Origin: Gemmatimonadales bacterium
GTDB taxonomy: Bacteria > Gemmatimonadota > Gemmatimonadetes > Gemmatimonadales > GWC2-71-9
Assembly: GCA_041613315.1 (NCBI GenBank)
Contig: JBFJHJ010000017.1
Location: forward strand, 1 to 60,983
Reading direction: 5' to 3'
Length of the DNA stretch: 60,983 nt
Below are positions 31,254-41,191 of this stretch, piece after piece; within the stretch, counting starts at the first letter, position 1, and the number at the start of each line of letters is the position of its first letter. The notes under the pieces were generated by a model that was not told the DNA's origin, searched no databases, and was given only the letters and a program-made list of their open reading frames with translations. A program made the position numbers and the translations under genes.

Positions 31254-32107
31254 GGCGGCTCCTGCCCCTGAGCCGCACGCTCCAGCGCCTCCTGACAGCG
31301 CTTCCCCCAGGGATTGAACTTGTTTTGCCGGACGCCCCGCTCCCAGGTGCTCTTGGCCGCCTCCGGGTCGCCGCCGAACCACTGGGTTCGCCCCAACTCG
31401 TAGTACGCTTCGATCAGGTTGGGCCCGAGCTTCAGCGTCTTCTCGAAGAACGTCTGGGCATCTTCGTGCATCTCGCGCTCCAGGTACACCAGCCCGAGGT
31501 AGAAGTGCGCGTACAGGGTCGCCTTCTTGTCGTTGTCCAGCCGGATCGCTTTCGACAGGTGCTCGATGGCCTCGCCGAAGATCTGCTTCTTGAGACAGAT
31601 GTACCCGACGTTGATCCGGGCGAGCGAGTTCGCCGGCTCCTTCATCAGCACCTTCTGAAACGTGGCCAGCGCGTCGTCGTACTCCTCGTTCAGCATCTGC
31701 GCCCACCCCAGCAGCGATTCCGCCTGCACTTCTCCCGGCGACAGTTGCAGCGCTTTCGTGAGCGCCTGAATAGCGCCGGGGTAGTCGCCGAGCGAGATCA
31801 GGCTCCAGCCCTTCTCGATGAACGTCGACGCCCCAAGGTGATCGGCGTGCGGGATCGGCAGGCTCCCGGTGAACTGCGGGACCTGGTCGCCGCTGTCGTC
31901 CTGCACCAGCCGCTTGTACTTGTCAACCAGCTCCCGGATGCTCTCCTTGAGCGTGGTCAAGTCGCCGATGCCCTGATCCACACGCTTGAACAGGCCGATG
32001 ATGTCGCGTTTGACGTGCTCGCGCTGCTCCGGGGTGCGTGCGGTGCCGAGCCGGCGCGCAATATCGTCGTAGGCCGACCGGAGGGGCCCGATGAGGGATT
32101 CACTCAT
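31247..32107 (-). CDS. Coiled-coil + TPR protein
   Basis: N-terminal amphipathic helices followed by about 5 TPRs (GWSLISLGDY..A, LGWAQML, VGYICL, LGLVYL, LGRTQW). Confidence 0.85.
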   Translation of the reverse strand: MSESLIGPLRSAYDDIARRLGTARTPEQREHVKRDIIGLFKRVDQGIGDLTTLKESIRELVDKYKRLVQDDSGDQVPQFTGSLPIPHADHLGASTFIEKGWSLISLGDYPGAIQALTKALQLSPGEVQAESLLGWAQMLNEEYDDALATFQKVLMKEPANSLARINVGYICLKKQIFGEAIEHLSKAIRLDNDKKATLYAHFYLGLVYLEREMHEDAQTFFEKTLKLGPNLIEAYYELGRTQWFGGDPEAAKSTWERGVRQNKFNPWGKRCQEALERAAQGQEPPR

Positions 32108-32576
32108 CGGCCGCCTCCACCGTGAGCTGTTCCAACGCCAGCTTCTCCTTGCTCGAGAGCAGTTTGGCGGCGGAGAGGACGACGATCGTACGCGAGTTGA
32201 GGGTCACGATGCCGGTGATGTACTTCGCGGCGAGCCCGCGCACGATCGCGGGCGGCGGTGTGACCTGTTCGGCGGCCACCTTGAGCACCTCGAGCACCGC
32301 GTCGACGACCACGCCGATCTTGCCGTCCTCCCACTCCAGGATCACGATCCGCGTCTCGTCGTGGATCGGCGCGTCCAGACTCACGCGTTTGCGGAGGTCG
32401 ACCACCGGCACGACGGTATTGGCGAACGACACGACGCCTTCCAAGAAGTCCGGCGCCTTGGGAAGCGCCGCCGGTCGCTGGTAGCGGAGGATGCGCTCCA
32501 CCTGGAAGATATTGAAGGCGAAGTCCTGCCCGCCCAGGCGGAACGTCACGATCTGGACCTCGTCGCCGGCGCTCAT
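32100..32576 (-). CDS. cheW: Chemotaxis coupling protein CheW
   Basis: QIVTFRLG, VERIL, LPKAPDFLEGV, VVPVVDLRKR, IGVVVDAV. Confidence 0.92.
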   Translation of the reverse strand: MSAGDEVQIVTFRLGGQDFAFNIFQVERILRYQRPAALPKAPDFLEGVVSFANTVVPVVDLRKRVSLDAPIHDETRIVILEWEDGKIGVVVDAVLEVLKVAAEQVTPPPAIVRGLAAKYITGIVTLNSRTIVVLSAAKLLSSKEKLALEQLTVEAADE

Positions 32577-33001
32577 ACCCGCTCACCCACATCCGCGGCC
32601 ATCAGGCGTTCAGCCAGTGCCGCCATGTCCACGATTGGAATCAGTCCCTCCGGCGACCGCGCCACGCCCGACGCCCACGGCAGGCGCCACGCGCCGGGCG
32701 CCGGCTCCGGGGCCTGCCGCACCACGGCGTCCGCCCCGTCCACCTGGAACGCGACGGGCTTGCCGCCACACAGCGCCAGCACCACGGTGTCGCACGGCCG
32801 GGGCGACCGGTCGGTCAAGTGGAGGAGCTGTCCCAGATCGACGAGCGGCACGAGCTGGGTGCCGAGCCGCGTGACGCCCAGGACGGCCGGATGGGCGCCC
32901 GGCGCCGCCGCCACCTCGCCGCGGTCGGCGACTTGCCGCACGTCTTGCAGCCGCAGGCCCAAGCGTTCCTCGCCCACCCGAATCAAAAGATAGCCCTTCA
33001 C
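32573..33001 (-). CDS. cheW: CheW-domain protein (divergent)
   Basis: [31 protein letters not shown]. Confidence 0.8.
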   Translation of the reverse strand: MKGYLLIRVGEERLGLRLQDVRQVADRGEVAAAPGAHPAVLGVTRLGTQLVPLVDLGQLLHLTDRSPRPCDTVVLALCGGKPVAFQVDGADAVVRQAPEPAPGAWRLPWASGVARSPEGLIPIVDMAALAERLMAADVGERV

Positions 33002-34080
33002 CGATCCCCTCGCTCCATAAGGCGCGCCTCGATCTGCTCGGCGATCTGCGCCAGCGGCACCGCCGCGTCGACGGCGCCGGCCGCGACGGCCGCCCGGGGC
33101 ATGCCGTAAATCACCGATGATCCTTCGTCCTGCGCCAGGCCGCTCCCACCCGCCTGCCGGATGGCCTGCAATCCGTCCGCCCCGTCACGCCCCATGCCGG
33201 TCAGCACCACCCCGATGGCGCGGCGGCCGAACACCTCGGCCACCGACCGGAAGAGCGGATCGGCGGCAGGGCGCACACCCCAGACGGGCGGGTGTTGGTC
33301 GAGCCGCAGGCGGGGCCCGTCGCTCGCCGCGACCACGCGCATGTGATAGTCCCCCGGCGCCACGTACGCCGTATCCGTCAGAAACGGCGTATCGTCGTCG
33401 GCCTCGACCACGCGGAAGGCGCTCGCGCCGTCGAGCCGCTCCGCAAGGCTGCGGGTGAAGCGCGGCGGCATGTGTTGCACGATCAGCACCCCCGCCTCAC
33501 GCCCCGGGCTCAGGCGCGGCACGACTTCGGCGAGCGCCCGCGGCCCACCGGTACTGGCCGCGATCGCGATCGCAATGCGGGCCCGTCCGCGCACCACCCC
33601 GGTCGGCGGAGATGGCCGGGGGGGCACGGGGGCCGCCGCCAGCATCGGCACGCGGCTCCAATCGGCGGCAACCGCGGCCTCCAGCGCCGCCAACAGGGCC
33701 GGCGCGATCGTCAGCAGCCCATCGCGCGTGCCGTCGGCGGGCTTGGCCACGACTTCCACGGCTCCCAGCTCGAGCGCGCGGATCGCCGCCTCGGTGCCGG
33801 GGCCCGCGTACGCACTGACCACAACGATCGGCCGGGGTGTCTCGCTCATGATGTAGCCGATCGCGCTCAGGCCATCGAGCTGGGGCATCTCGATGTCCAT
33901 CGTGACGACGTCGGGATCGTACCGATGCACCTTCGCGACGGCGTCGAGTCCGTCCCGCGCCGTGCCCACGACGCGAAACCGGTCCGTCCGTCCGATGATG
34001 TCGCTCAGGACGCGCCGCAGCAGCGCGCTGTCATCCACCACCAGGACACTCGCGCGCCCGCTAGAGGACCTGGGCGTCAC
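32998..34080 (-). CDS. cheB: Chemotaxis methylesterase/response regulator CheB
   Basis: Receiver domain (VVDDS, TMDIEMP, AKP) plus catalytic ASTGGP, QHMP and GMGRDG. Confidence 0.96.
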   Translation of the reverse strand: MTPRSSSGRASVLVVDDSALLRRVLSDIIGRTDRFRVVGTARDGLDAVAKVHRYDPDVVTMDIEMPQLDGLSAIGYIMSETPRPIVVVSAYAGPGTEAAIRALELGAVEVVAKPADGTRDGLLTIAPALLAALEAAVAADWSRVPMLAAAPVPPRPSPPTGVVRGRARIAIAIAASTGGPRALAEVVPRLSPGREAGVLIVQHMPPRFTRSLAERLDGASAFRVVEADDDTPFLTDTAYVAPGDYHMRVVAASDGPRLRLDQHPPVWGVRPAADPLFRSVAEVFGRRAIGVVLTGMGRDGADGLQAIRQAGGSGLAQDEGSSVIYGMPRAAVAAGAVDAAVPLAQIAEQIEARLMERGDR

Positions 34081-34561
34081 TGCCCACCGAGCGTACCGTC
34101 ACGGTCCCCCGCGCGACGTCGAACCACACCGAGCGCCCGACCGTGCCGCCGACCACCTCCCCCACGACCGGGATGCCCGCCGTGCGGAGGCCCTCCCGAC
34201 ACGCCAACACGTTGCGCTCCCCGATGTGGGGACTGCCGGCCGGCAGCAGGTCGGCGAACATCGTGGCACCGCCGACGAGCCGGGCTTCGACGCGCGCGAG
34301 GTTGGCGCCCTCCGCCCGCATGGCGGCCAGTACGGCGGGGATCGCCGTATCCGCGCAGCGCGCCGGGTTGGACCGCCCGCGCGACAACGCCTGCGAGGGG
34401 AGCAGCACGTGGGCCAGCGCGCCAATGCCCTTCCCCGGATCGTACAGCAACACCGCGACACAACTCCCCAGACCGAGCGTGGCGAGCACGCCCGCGCCGT
34501 CCGCGACGATGAAGTCGCCCATATGGACGACGAGCTGCTGCGCGCTGCGGACGACTGTCAC
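34061..34561 (-). CDS. cheD: Chemoreceptor glutamine deamidase CheD
   Basis: [10 protein letters not shown] (Cys), AHVLLP (His), GGATMF, IGERN. Confidence 0.94.
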   Translation of the reverse strand: MTVVRSAQQLVVHMGDFIVADGAGVLATLGLGSCVAVLLYDPGKGIGALAHVLLPSQALSRGRSNPARCADTAIPAVLAAMRAEGANLARVEARLVGGATMFADLLPAGSPHIGERNVLACREGLRTAGIPVVGEVVGGTVGRSVWFDVARGTVTVRSVGSDAQVL

Positions 34562-35373
34562 GGCCGGCGGTAGACGCGCTCACGCGCGTTGACGAGAGTG
34601 AACCGCCTCCGGACGTCGCCCAACAACGTCTCTACCTTGCCGAGCACCAGGAACCCGCCCGGCCGCAGCGCCTCGGCGAACCGTTCGTACAGACCTTCCT
34701 GCGTGGTTCGGTCGAAGTAGATGACGACGTTGCGACACATGATTAGGTCGTACGGCGCGAGGGGCGGCAGGTCACGGGTGAGGTCGTGCCGAACCAGGCG
34801 GACGAGCCCGCGCACCTCGGGGCACAGACGCCGCGGGCCCGCGCCCGTGGAGTAGCGTGCGACCAGGGACGCCGGCATGTCGTCAAACGCGCGCTCGGGA
34901 TACTGCGCGGCGTCCGCTCGGCCCAGGCTCGTCACGTCGTAGTCTGTTGCGTCGATCGTCGCCGGCGGCGGCGTCGGCGCGCCGTGGCGGCGCGCTTCCT
35001 CGAGCAGGAGGATGGCCAGGGTGTACGGCTCCTCTCCCGACGAGCAACCGGCGGACCAGCAGCGGGGGCGACCCTCGCGCTGCGACCACAGCTCGGGGAG
35101 CACCTGGTCGGCCAACAGGGCCCACGTTTCCGGGTTGCGGTAGAACTTCGTGACGTTGATGGTGAGGGCATCCAGGAGGCGCTCGTACTCGGCACCGTCG
35201 GCATCCAGCACGCGGGCGTATTGCTCATAGGTATGTACGCCGCGGGCGCGCATGCGCACCGCGATGCGGCGGCGCAGGCACCCGGGCTTGTAGGCATCGC
35301 ACGCGAAGCCCCGGTCGCGCGCGATCTTGCCCAGGAGCGCCGTAAAGCCGGGATCCGGCTCCGCCGAGCTCAC
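34558..35373 (-). CDS. cheR: Chemotaxis methyltransferase CheR
   Basis: LRRRIAVRM, LTINVTKFYRN, WSAGCSSGEEPY, CRNVVIYF. GTG start at 35373. Confidence 0.95.
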   Translation of the reverse strand: MSSAEPDPGFTALLGKIARDRGFACDAYKPGCLRRRIAVRMRARGVHTYEQYARVLDADGAEYERLLDALTINVTKFYRNPETWALLADQVLPELWSQREGRPRCWSAGCSSGEEPYTLAILLLEEARRHGAPTPPPATIDATDYDVTSLGRADAAQYPERAFDDMPASLVARYSTGAGPRRLCPEVRGLVRLVRHDLTRDLPPLAPYDLIMCRNVVIYFDRTTQEGLYERFAEALRPGGFLVLGKVETLLGDVRRRFTLVNARERVYRRP

Positions 35374-36989
35374 GCCAGGGCGCTCATCGTCTCGAGGTTG
35401 GTTCGGGCGAGCTCGTGGTGCGGGTTGAGCTCCAACGCCTTCTTCCACATCTCGGACGCATACTGCCGGTCCATCCGCTTGTAGGCGATGTTGCCGAGCT
35501 TGAAGTACACGTCGTCGCCCAATCGCGGCTGCAGCTTGATCGCCCGATGGTAGGCCTGCCACGCCTCGTCGTGGCGGCCGGCCCGATAGAGGATGTCGCC
35601 GAGGTTCTTCGACAGCTGCGGGAGCGACGGGTCGTCGGCCAACGCCGTGCGGAGGAGCTCCTCGGCCGGCTCCAGCTTGCCGAGCAACTCGAGCAGCACC
35701 GCCAGGGTGTTGCGGAGCACCGCGTGCTCGGCATGGTGCTCGAGTCCCTGGCGCACCACGGTCTCGGCTTCGTCGAACTGCTCGAGCCCCGCCGCCGCCA
35801 GCGACCGGGCCCAGTACCAGACCGCCGGCAACGGCCCGTCGCCGGCCACCTCCCGAGCCCGGTCGAGCCGGCCCACGGCGACCTCATAGTCGCCGCGCTG
35901 CAGCGCCGCGATCCCCCATCCGGTCAGCACCCGGTGGTCCCGGCGGGACATCGAGGCCGCCTCGGCGTAGGTGCTTTCGGCATCGTCCAGCCGGCCGGCC
36001 TTCTCGTAGGCCAAAGCCAGGTTGTGGAGCACCCCGCGGCGCGGTCCGCCGTGCTCCAGCGCCCCCTTGAACGCCTCCATGGCGTCGGCCCATCGCGCTT
36101 GCCGCAGCGCGAGCAGCCCGAGATAGAAGTGCGTGCTGCCGTCGGTGGGTCGCAGCTCGGACACGCGCCGGAACTCCCGCGTGGCCTCGTCCAGCATGCC
36201 CGTCTTGTAGAAGGCGATCCCTAAGTTGCGGTGCTCGTCCACCCGGGCGTCACCGACCTGCGCGAGGCGCGGCGCCTCGCTGCGGCCCGTGCGGTGGGCG
36301 AACCCGGCAGTGATGAGACCGTAGAGCGCCTTGCCCACCTCGAACTCCCCCAGCGCCGAGTCCTCGACGAGCCGCGCGACGTCTCGCGTCCCGTCGAGCA
36401 AGGCCAGGATGCGGTCCTGCTCGGGCGTGAGCGTGACCTGGGACGCCTCAACGCGCTCCCGGTCGGCCGTGAAGATGATGTCGAACGACGGGATCTTCTT
36501 CTCGATCAGGCTCCATTCGTCGACGCGGCGCGCCCCCTCCAGGAGCAGCGATTCCGGGTTAATGGACACCAGGAAGTCTTGCCGCTCGGGCCGCACCTCC
36601 GCCTCGAAGTTGAAGCTCCCCCGCGACCAGGTGAACAGGAAGTAGACCGCCTCTTCGATTTGCACGCGCATGTAGTGCTCGAGGTCGCGGCGCGAGACGG
36701 CCCCCTGCTCGACCAGGATCTCGCCGAGCCGCTTGTCGCGCTGGTGCCCCTGCTGCTCGATCCCGGCGTCGAGCTGCTGCTGCGTGATCTTGCCGTTCTT
36801 GGTGAGGATATCGCCCAGGCGGTCGCGCCGGTTCACGATCGATGCATAGGTGATGCGGCCACGATCGAAGTAGATGTAGCCGAGGTTGGTGCGGTCGGTG
36901 ATCGACAGGCATCCCGTCTTCTGCCCCAGGGCGAGGAGCTGCAGCACGTCGGGCAGCGACGCTTCCTTGAGACTCCCCTTGATGGCCAC
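35370..36989 (-). CDS. DUF4388 (PATAN-like) + MshEN-like + TPR protein
   Basis: IKGSLKEASLPDVLQLL..GQKTG.L, tandem RLGxIL motifs, LLLEGARRVDEW, a wHTH-like segment and about 8 TPRs. GTG start at 36989. Confidence 0.85.
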   Translation of the reverse strand: MAIKGSLKEASLPDVLQLLALGQKTGCLSITDRTNLGYIYFDRGRITYASIVNRRDRLGDILTKNGKITQQQLDAGIEQQGHQRDKRLGEILVEQGAVSRRDLEHYMRVQIEEAVYFLFTWSRGSFNFEAEVRPERQDFLVSINPESLLLEGARRVDEWSLIEKKIPSFDIIFTADRERVEASQVTLTPEQDRILALLDGTRDVARLVEDSALGEFEVGKALYGLITAGFAHRTGRSEAPRLAQVGDARVDEHRNLGIAFYKTGMLDEATREFRRVSELRPTDGSTHFYLGLLALRQARWADAMEAFKGALEHGGPRRGVLHNLALAYEKAGRLDDAESTYAEAASMSRRDHRVLTGWGIAALQRGDYEVAVGRLDRAREVAGDGPLPAVWYWARSLAAAGLEQFDEAETVVRQGLEHHAEHAVLRNTLAVLLELLGKLEPAEELLRTALADDPSLPQLSKNLGDILYRAGRHDEAWQAYHRAIKLQPRLGDDVYFKLGNIAYKRMDRQYASEMWKKALELNPHHELARTNLETMSALA

Positions 36990-38971
36990 TAGGTGAGCTC
37001 CTCGATCAGTCGTTCGGACGGATCGGGCCAGTACCACACCATCTTCTCGCGGCTCTGCACACCACCCGATGGCGACACCACGACGCCGCTGGTGCGCACG
37101 GCGGCGGGACGGCGGCGGGGCGGCGCCGCGCCCTCGATGAGCTCCCGCGCGAGGCCGGCGCTGGGAGCGACGCCCTGCGCATCGGCCCCACCCAGCACCC
37201 GCTGCACCAACCCGAGCAGCGCTCGCAGAGAGTCGGCCGGCCGCGCCGCGAGGTAGTCCGCCAGCTCCTCGTCCGCCGTCCCGAGACGTTCCTCCAACTT
37301 GCGCACGATGATCGCGCGGCGGAGATCGCGGTCCGGCGGCCCGATGGTCGCCACCAGGCCGCCCTCGAGACGGGAAACCAGGCGCTCATCGAGCCCCGGC
37401 ACATCGCGCGGCGGCAGCAGCGCCGTGAAGACGATCTGGCGGTTGGCGTCGGCCAGAAAGTTGAAAAGGTGGAACATTTCCTCCTGCGAGCGGTCCTTTC
37501 CCGCCAACAGGTGTACGTCGTCCAACAGGAACGCGGTGACATTACGGAACTGCGACCGCCAGCGGTCCACATGCTCCTCGTCGATCGCCCGGACCACCTC
37601 GTCCAGCAGCTGTTGCGCGGGCAGACACGCCACCCGCTGCCGGCGGCGCTCGGCGATCCCGTGGCCGATCGCGTGTAACAGGTGCGTTTTCCCCACCCCG
37701 GTCGGCCCCACCAGCACGAGCGGGTTGTATCGCTTCCCGGGCTGCTTGACCACCGCCCGAGCGGCGGTTAGCGCCACTTTGTTCGCGTCGCCGCCCACGA
37801 AGCCGTCGAACGACCACGCCGGCGACGGGCCGGGCGGCGGTGCCAGGCCGCGTTCGGCGGCTTCGACCAGATCCACCGCCTCATCCACCCGATCGGGATC
37901 GTGGAACACGGGATCGCTCGCGCGGTCGGGATCGATCCGTTCCATCGCCTGCTGCAGCCCACGGAGGCGCTCGATGTCCCGCTCGAACGCCTGGAGGACG
38001 TGCTCCGCCGAGGCGGGGACGTCTTGCTGAATGAGCTCCTCCAGCCGGGCGGTGCGGTACCCCTCGGCGTCCCACTTGAGGATCCCCTTGCCGAGGCGGG
38101 AGCGCCACACTTCCACCTGCTCCGTCACCGTGTGCGTGACGTCGGAGAGGAAGTCGGCAAACTCGTCGGTCGCCGCCTTGGCACGGGCCGGTGTCGAGCC
38201 GGCGCCCTTCCGGCGCGTGGGACGCGGTGTCGCGGGCGCCGCGCCCTCGGGCAGGTCCCCTTCAAGCAGCGCCTGGGCGGCGTCAGGCGCGAGCGGCGCC
38301 TCGCTGACCGCTTGAAACGCCACGAGGCGATTGAGCAGGCCCAGCAGCTCACGCACGTTCCCCAGCTCGAACCCCGCCGCCGTTTCGAGCACCCCGTCCA
38401 CGAACACCGAGCCCCGCTCCTCCGCCCGGCGCCGCAGGATCGCGAGCCGCGTCTCGTAGTCGGGAGCGCCGATGTCCACCACCAGCCCACCGTCAAACCG
38501 CGCAATGAGCCGCTCGTCGAGGTCGTTGAGCTCCGAGGGCGGTCGGTCGCTCGTGAGCACCACCTGCTTACCCTGGGATTGGAGGTGCGAGATCAGCCGC
38601 AACAGCTCCGCCTGGGTCTCCCGCCGATTCGTGAGGAACTGGACGTCGTCCACGAGCAGCACGTCGACACCCGCGAAGCGGTTACGGAACGCATCGCTCT
38701 GACCCGCCGCGACGGCCGTATGATACGCCTCGACGAACTCGTCGAGCGTGAGGTATTCGGCATGCAACCGGGGGGAGAGCTGCTTGGCCGTCTGGCCGAT
38801 GGCCATGAGCAGATGCGTCTTCCCGAGGCCCGTAGCGCTGTACACGAAGAGCGGGTTATAGGCCGTCCCCGGGGACTCGGCCACCGAGCGTGCCGCCGTC
38901 ACCGCGAGCTGGTTCGCGGAGCCGACGACGAAGCTGTCGAAGCTGAACCGCGGGTTCAACTCGACGGTCAT
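36989..38971 (-). CDS. Tandem DnaA/Hda-like AAA+ protein lacking DnaA domains I and IV
   Basis: Two DnaA domain-III copies: [31 protein letters not shown] and [33 protein letters not shown] 38971 overlaps the mglA stop. Confidence 0.88.
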   Translation of the reverse strand: MTVELNPRFSFDSFVVGSANQLAVTAARSVAESPGTAYNPLFVYSATGLGKTHLLMAIGQTAKQLSPRLHAEYLTLDEFVEAYHTAVAAGQSDAFRNRFAGVDVLLVDDVQFLTNRRETQAELLRLISHLQSQGKQVVLTSDRPPSELNDLDERLIARFDGGLVVDIGAPDYETRLAILRRRAEERGSVFVDGVLETAAGFELGNVRELLGLLNRLVAFQAVSEAPLAPDAAQALLEGDLPEGAAPATPRPTRRKGAGSTPARAKAATDEFADFLSDVTHTVTEQVEVWRSRLGKGILKWDAEGYRTARLEELIQQDVPASAEHVLQAFERDIERLRGLQQAMERIDPDRASDPVFHDPDRVDEAVDLVEAAERGLAPPPGPSPAWSFDGFVGGDANKVALTAARAVVKQPGKRYNPLVLVGPTGVGKTHLLHAIGHGIAERRRQRVACLPAQQLLDEVVRAIDEEHVDRWRSQFRNVTAFLLDDVHLLAGKDRSQEEMFHLFNFLADANRQIVFTALLPPRDVPGLDERLVSRLEGGLVATIGPPDRDLRRAIIVRKLEERLGTADEELADYLAARPADSLRALLGLVQRVLGGADAQGVAPSAGLARELIEGAAPPRRRPAAVRTSGVVVSPSGGVQSREKMVWYWPDPSERLIEELT

Positions 38972-39567
38972 TCGGGCGGGGCCTGGGAGAGCTTGCGCAA
39001 CACGAGCTCCGAGATCGCCTTGAGCGTCTCGAAGACGCCCTGCCCACGCAGCGCGTCGGCCGCGAAGCTGGGGGCGCTGCGGAAGTTCAAGGCCTCGTCC
39101 AGCTCCGGCGGGGTGAGCACGAGGTCCCCGGGCAGGTCCTGTTTGTTGTACTGCAGGACGAGCGGTACCTCGCGAACGTCCACCCCCTGCTCGAGAAAGT
39201 TGGCTTGGAGGTTCTGCAGGCTTTCGATGTTCTCGTCCAGCTGCCGCGCCTGGCTGTCGGCGACGAACACCACACCGTCGGCCCCCTGCAGCACCAGCTT
39301 TCGCGTGGCGTTGTAGTACACCTGCCCGGGCACGGTGTAGAGTTGGAACCGCGTCGTGAAGCCGGAGATACTGCCCAACTCCAGCGGCAGGAAATCGAAG
39401 AAGAGCGTGCGGTCGGTCTGCGTCGCGAGCGACACCATCCGCCCGCGCCGATCCTCCGGCACGCGGGCGTAGACGTACTGGAGATTGGTCGTCTTCCCCG
39501 AGCGTCCGGGCCCGTAATAGACGATCTTGCACGTGATCTCGCGGGTCGTGAAGTTGACCAGGGACAC
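38968..39567 (-). CDS. mglA: Ras-like small GTPase MglA
   Basis: [47 protein letters not shown]. Confidence 0.95.
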   Translation of the reverse strand: MSLVNFTTREITCKIVYYGPGRSGKTTNLQYVYARVPEDRRGRMVSLATQTDRTLFFDFLPLELGSISGFTTRFQLYTVPGQVYYNATRKLVLQGADGVVFVADSQARQLDENIESLQNLQANFLEQGVDVREVPLVLQYNKQDLPGDLVLTPPELDEALNFRSAPSFAADALRGQGVFETLKAISELVLRKLSQAPPE

Positions 39568-39570
39568 GAC

Positions 39571-40041
39571 TCACCCTCCGAAGAGCGCTGAGAGACTTTC
39601 GTTCAACTCGCGCTCGAAGTCCGCCGCCAGCACGGGTTTCTTCCGCTCGACCGGCGGGCACGCCGCATCGAGCTGGGCCGCGAGGTCCTCGAAAAACAGC
39701 TGTACCAGACCCATGGACGATTCCGTCCCGTACACGACCAACGCGAGGAGACGCCCGCGGGGCGTCGCGAACCCCGCCAAGAAAATGCCGTGCTCCACAC
39801 CCTGATGGTTGAGCGCGGTGAACTCGCGCGTCTCCATCAGTTTGGCCAGCTCCACGGTGGAAGCCATGATCGCCGCCCCCAGCGCCGCGGCCGACATCAC
39901 ATCCACCGCCCGGGTGAACCCGTGCTGCGCCAGCACCTGCCCCGCCGGCGTCATGAGGAGCGTCAGCCGCGCGCCGGTCTCGCCGATGAACCGCTCCAGC
40001 GGCTCCAGCGTCCAGGCCTCGACCGCCCGCGTCTTCTTCAC
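39571..40041 (-). CDS. mglB: Roadblock/LC7 protein, MglB-like
   Basis: AGQVLAQHG, AAALGAA..AS..ELAKL, HQG, GLVQL, C-terminal amphipathic helix; directly upstream of mglA. Confidence 0.8.
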   Translation of the reverse strand: MKKTRAVEAWTLEPLERFIGETGARLTLLMTPAGQVLAQHGFTRAVDVMSAAALGAAIMASTVELAKLMETREFTALNHQGVEHGIFLAGFATPRGRLLALVVYGTESSMGLVQLFFEDLAAQLDAACPPVERKKPVLAADFERELNESLSALFGG

Positions 40042-40388
40042 TCGAGCACCTCCGCCGCCCGAAGCATCTCCAACCGGACGAGCCCGACGTTGAGGTCCGC
40101 GTCCCCTACGGCGACGACGAGCACGCCGTCCGCCGCCGGCACGCTCAGCAGCGTGCCCCCTTCCCCCTGCAGGTGCAGGAAGTCCGGCATGCCGGCGCCG
40201 GCCGCCTCGGCAGCCTGCCGGAACCGCTTGACGAGGCTCGCCGCAAGCGCCGCCACGGCATTGCCGCGCACACCTTCCATCAGCGATTCCGCCACGACCA
40301 GCCCGTCCTCACCGGCGACGAGCATCGCCCCGCGCACTCCCCGCACGCGCGTGACGCGGTCGAGCACCTGACGATACTGTTCCGTCAT
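40038..40388 (-). CDS. Roadblock/LC7 protein (second paralog, MglB/MglC-like)
   Basis: GVRGAMLVAGEDGLVVAE, VAALAASL, NVGLVRLEM. ATG at 40388. Confidence 0.85.
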   Translation of the reverse strand: MTEQYRQVLDRVTRVRGVRGAMLVAGEDGLVVAESLMEGVRGNAVAALAASLVKRFRQAAEAAGAGMPDFLHLQGEGGTLLSVPAADGVLVVAVGDADLNVGLVRLEMLRAAEVLE

Positions 40389-41191
40389 CGCTCCTGGGCC
40401 TCCAACCACGCGCGCGCGATGTCGGCGGCCCGGTCGGCGATGCGCGTGAGGCGGCCGGCCGGCACGCTGCGGTCCTTCAGCAGGAGGAGTAACGCGTCAT
40501 TCTTGGGCTGCGTCACGTAGAGGTTCGCGCTCGGGCCCTCCGCGACGAGCCACCGCCAGGCCCCGAGCCCCAGGAGCCGCGCCGTCCGCTCCGCCTCTTG
40601 CGCCGCCCCCGCCAGGTACGCGGCGACCGCGGCCGCGACGTCGCGCCCGTCCGCCGCCCGAAGCCCACCTCCCAGAATGCGCCCCCGGTCGTCGACGAGG
40701 AGCAGTCCGTGGTCCGCCCCCTCCAGTCCCTCGAACACGGCGGCGGGATTGGGCGCGGGCGGCTCGGGCACCGGCGCCAGTTCGGCTTCGTCGATCGTGC
40801 CCCGCACCGTTCGCAGCGCCTGCACGACGCTCCGGTCGGCCGGGTCGGCCGACAAGGCCATCTCGAGATGCTCCAGGGCGCGCTCCAGGTCGCCCGCTCG
40901 GTAGCACACGAACCCCAGCCCCTTGCGGGCGCCGGCGTGTCGCGGCTCCTGCGCCACCACCTCGGCCCATAGCTCCGCCGCGCGCTCGGGCTCGTCCATG
41001 TCCACCAGGATGCGCGCGTAGAGATCCTTCCCGTCCACGAGATCGGGGTGCCGCTCCAGGCCGCCGAGCGCCACCTTGGCGGCCGCCTCGAGCTGGCCGG
41101 CTCGACGCAGCGCCTCGCCGAGGGCCGAGAACACGAGGCTGTCCGGCTCGCTCGCCAGCTGAGCGCTCATCTGCCGGATCTCGTCAGACAC
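40385..41191 (-). CDS. TPR + C-terminal roadblock-like domain protein
   Basis: Three TPR-like repeats, a Pro-rich linker, then GLLLVDDRGRIL...AAYLAG.AQEAERTARLLGLG.W..LVAEG. Confidence 0.72.
   Translation of the reverse strand: MSDEIRQMSAQLASEPDSLVFSALGEALRRAGQLEAAAKVALGGLERHPDLVDGKDLYARILVDMDEPERAAELWAEVVAQEPRHAGARKGLGFVCYRAGDLERALEHLEMALSADPADRSVVQALRTVRGTIDEAELAPVPEPPAPNPAAVFEGLEGADHGLLLVDDRGRILGGGLRAADGRDVAAAVAAYLAGAAQEAERTARLLGLGAWRWLVAEGPSANLYVTQPKNDALLLLLKDRSVPAGRLTRIADRAADIARAWLEAQER

Noticed and set aside
36989..39661. Canonical dnaA or nearby oriC; 890-aa version of the ORF
   Set aside because: No domain I or IV, no dnaN, and no DnaA-box cluster or intergenic space seen. The N-terminal extension is an alternate frame of mglA.
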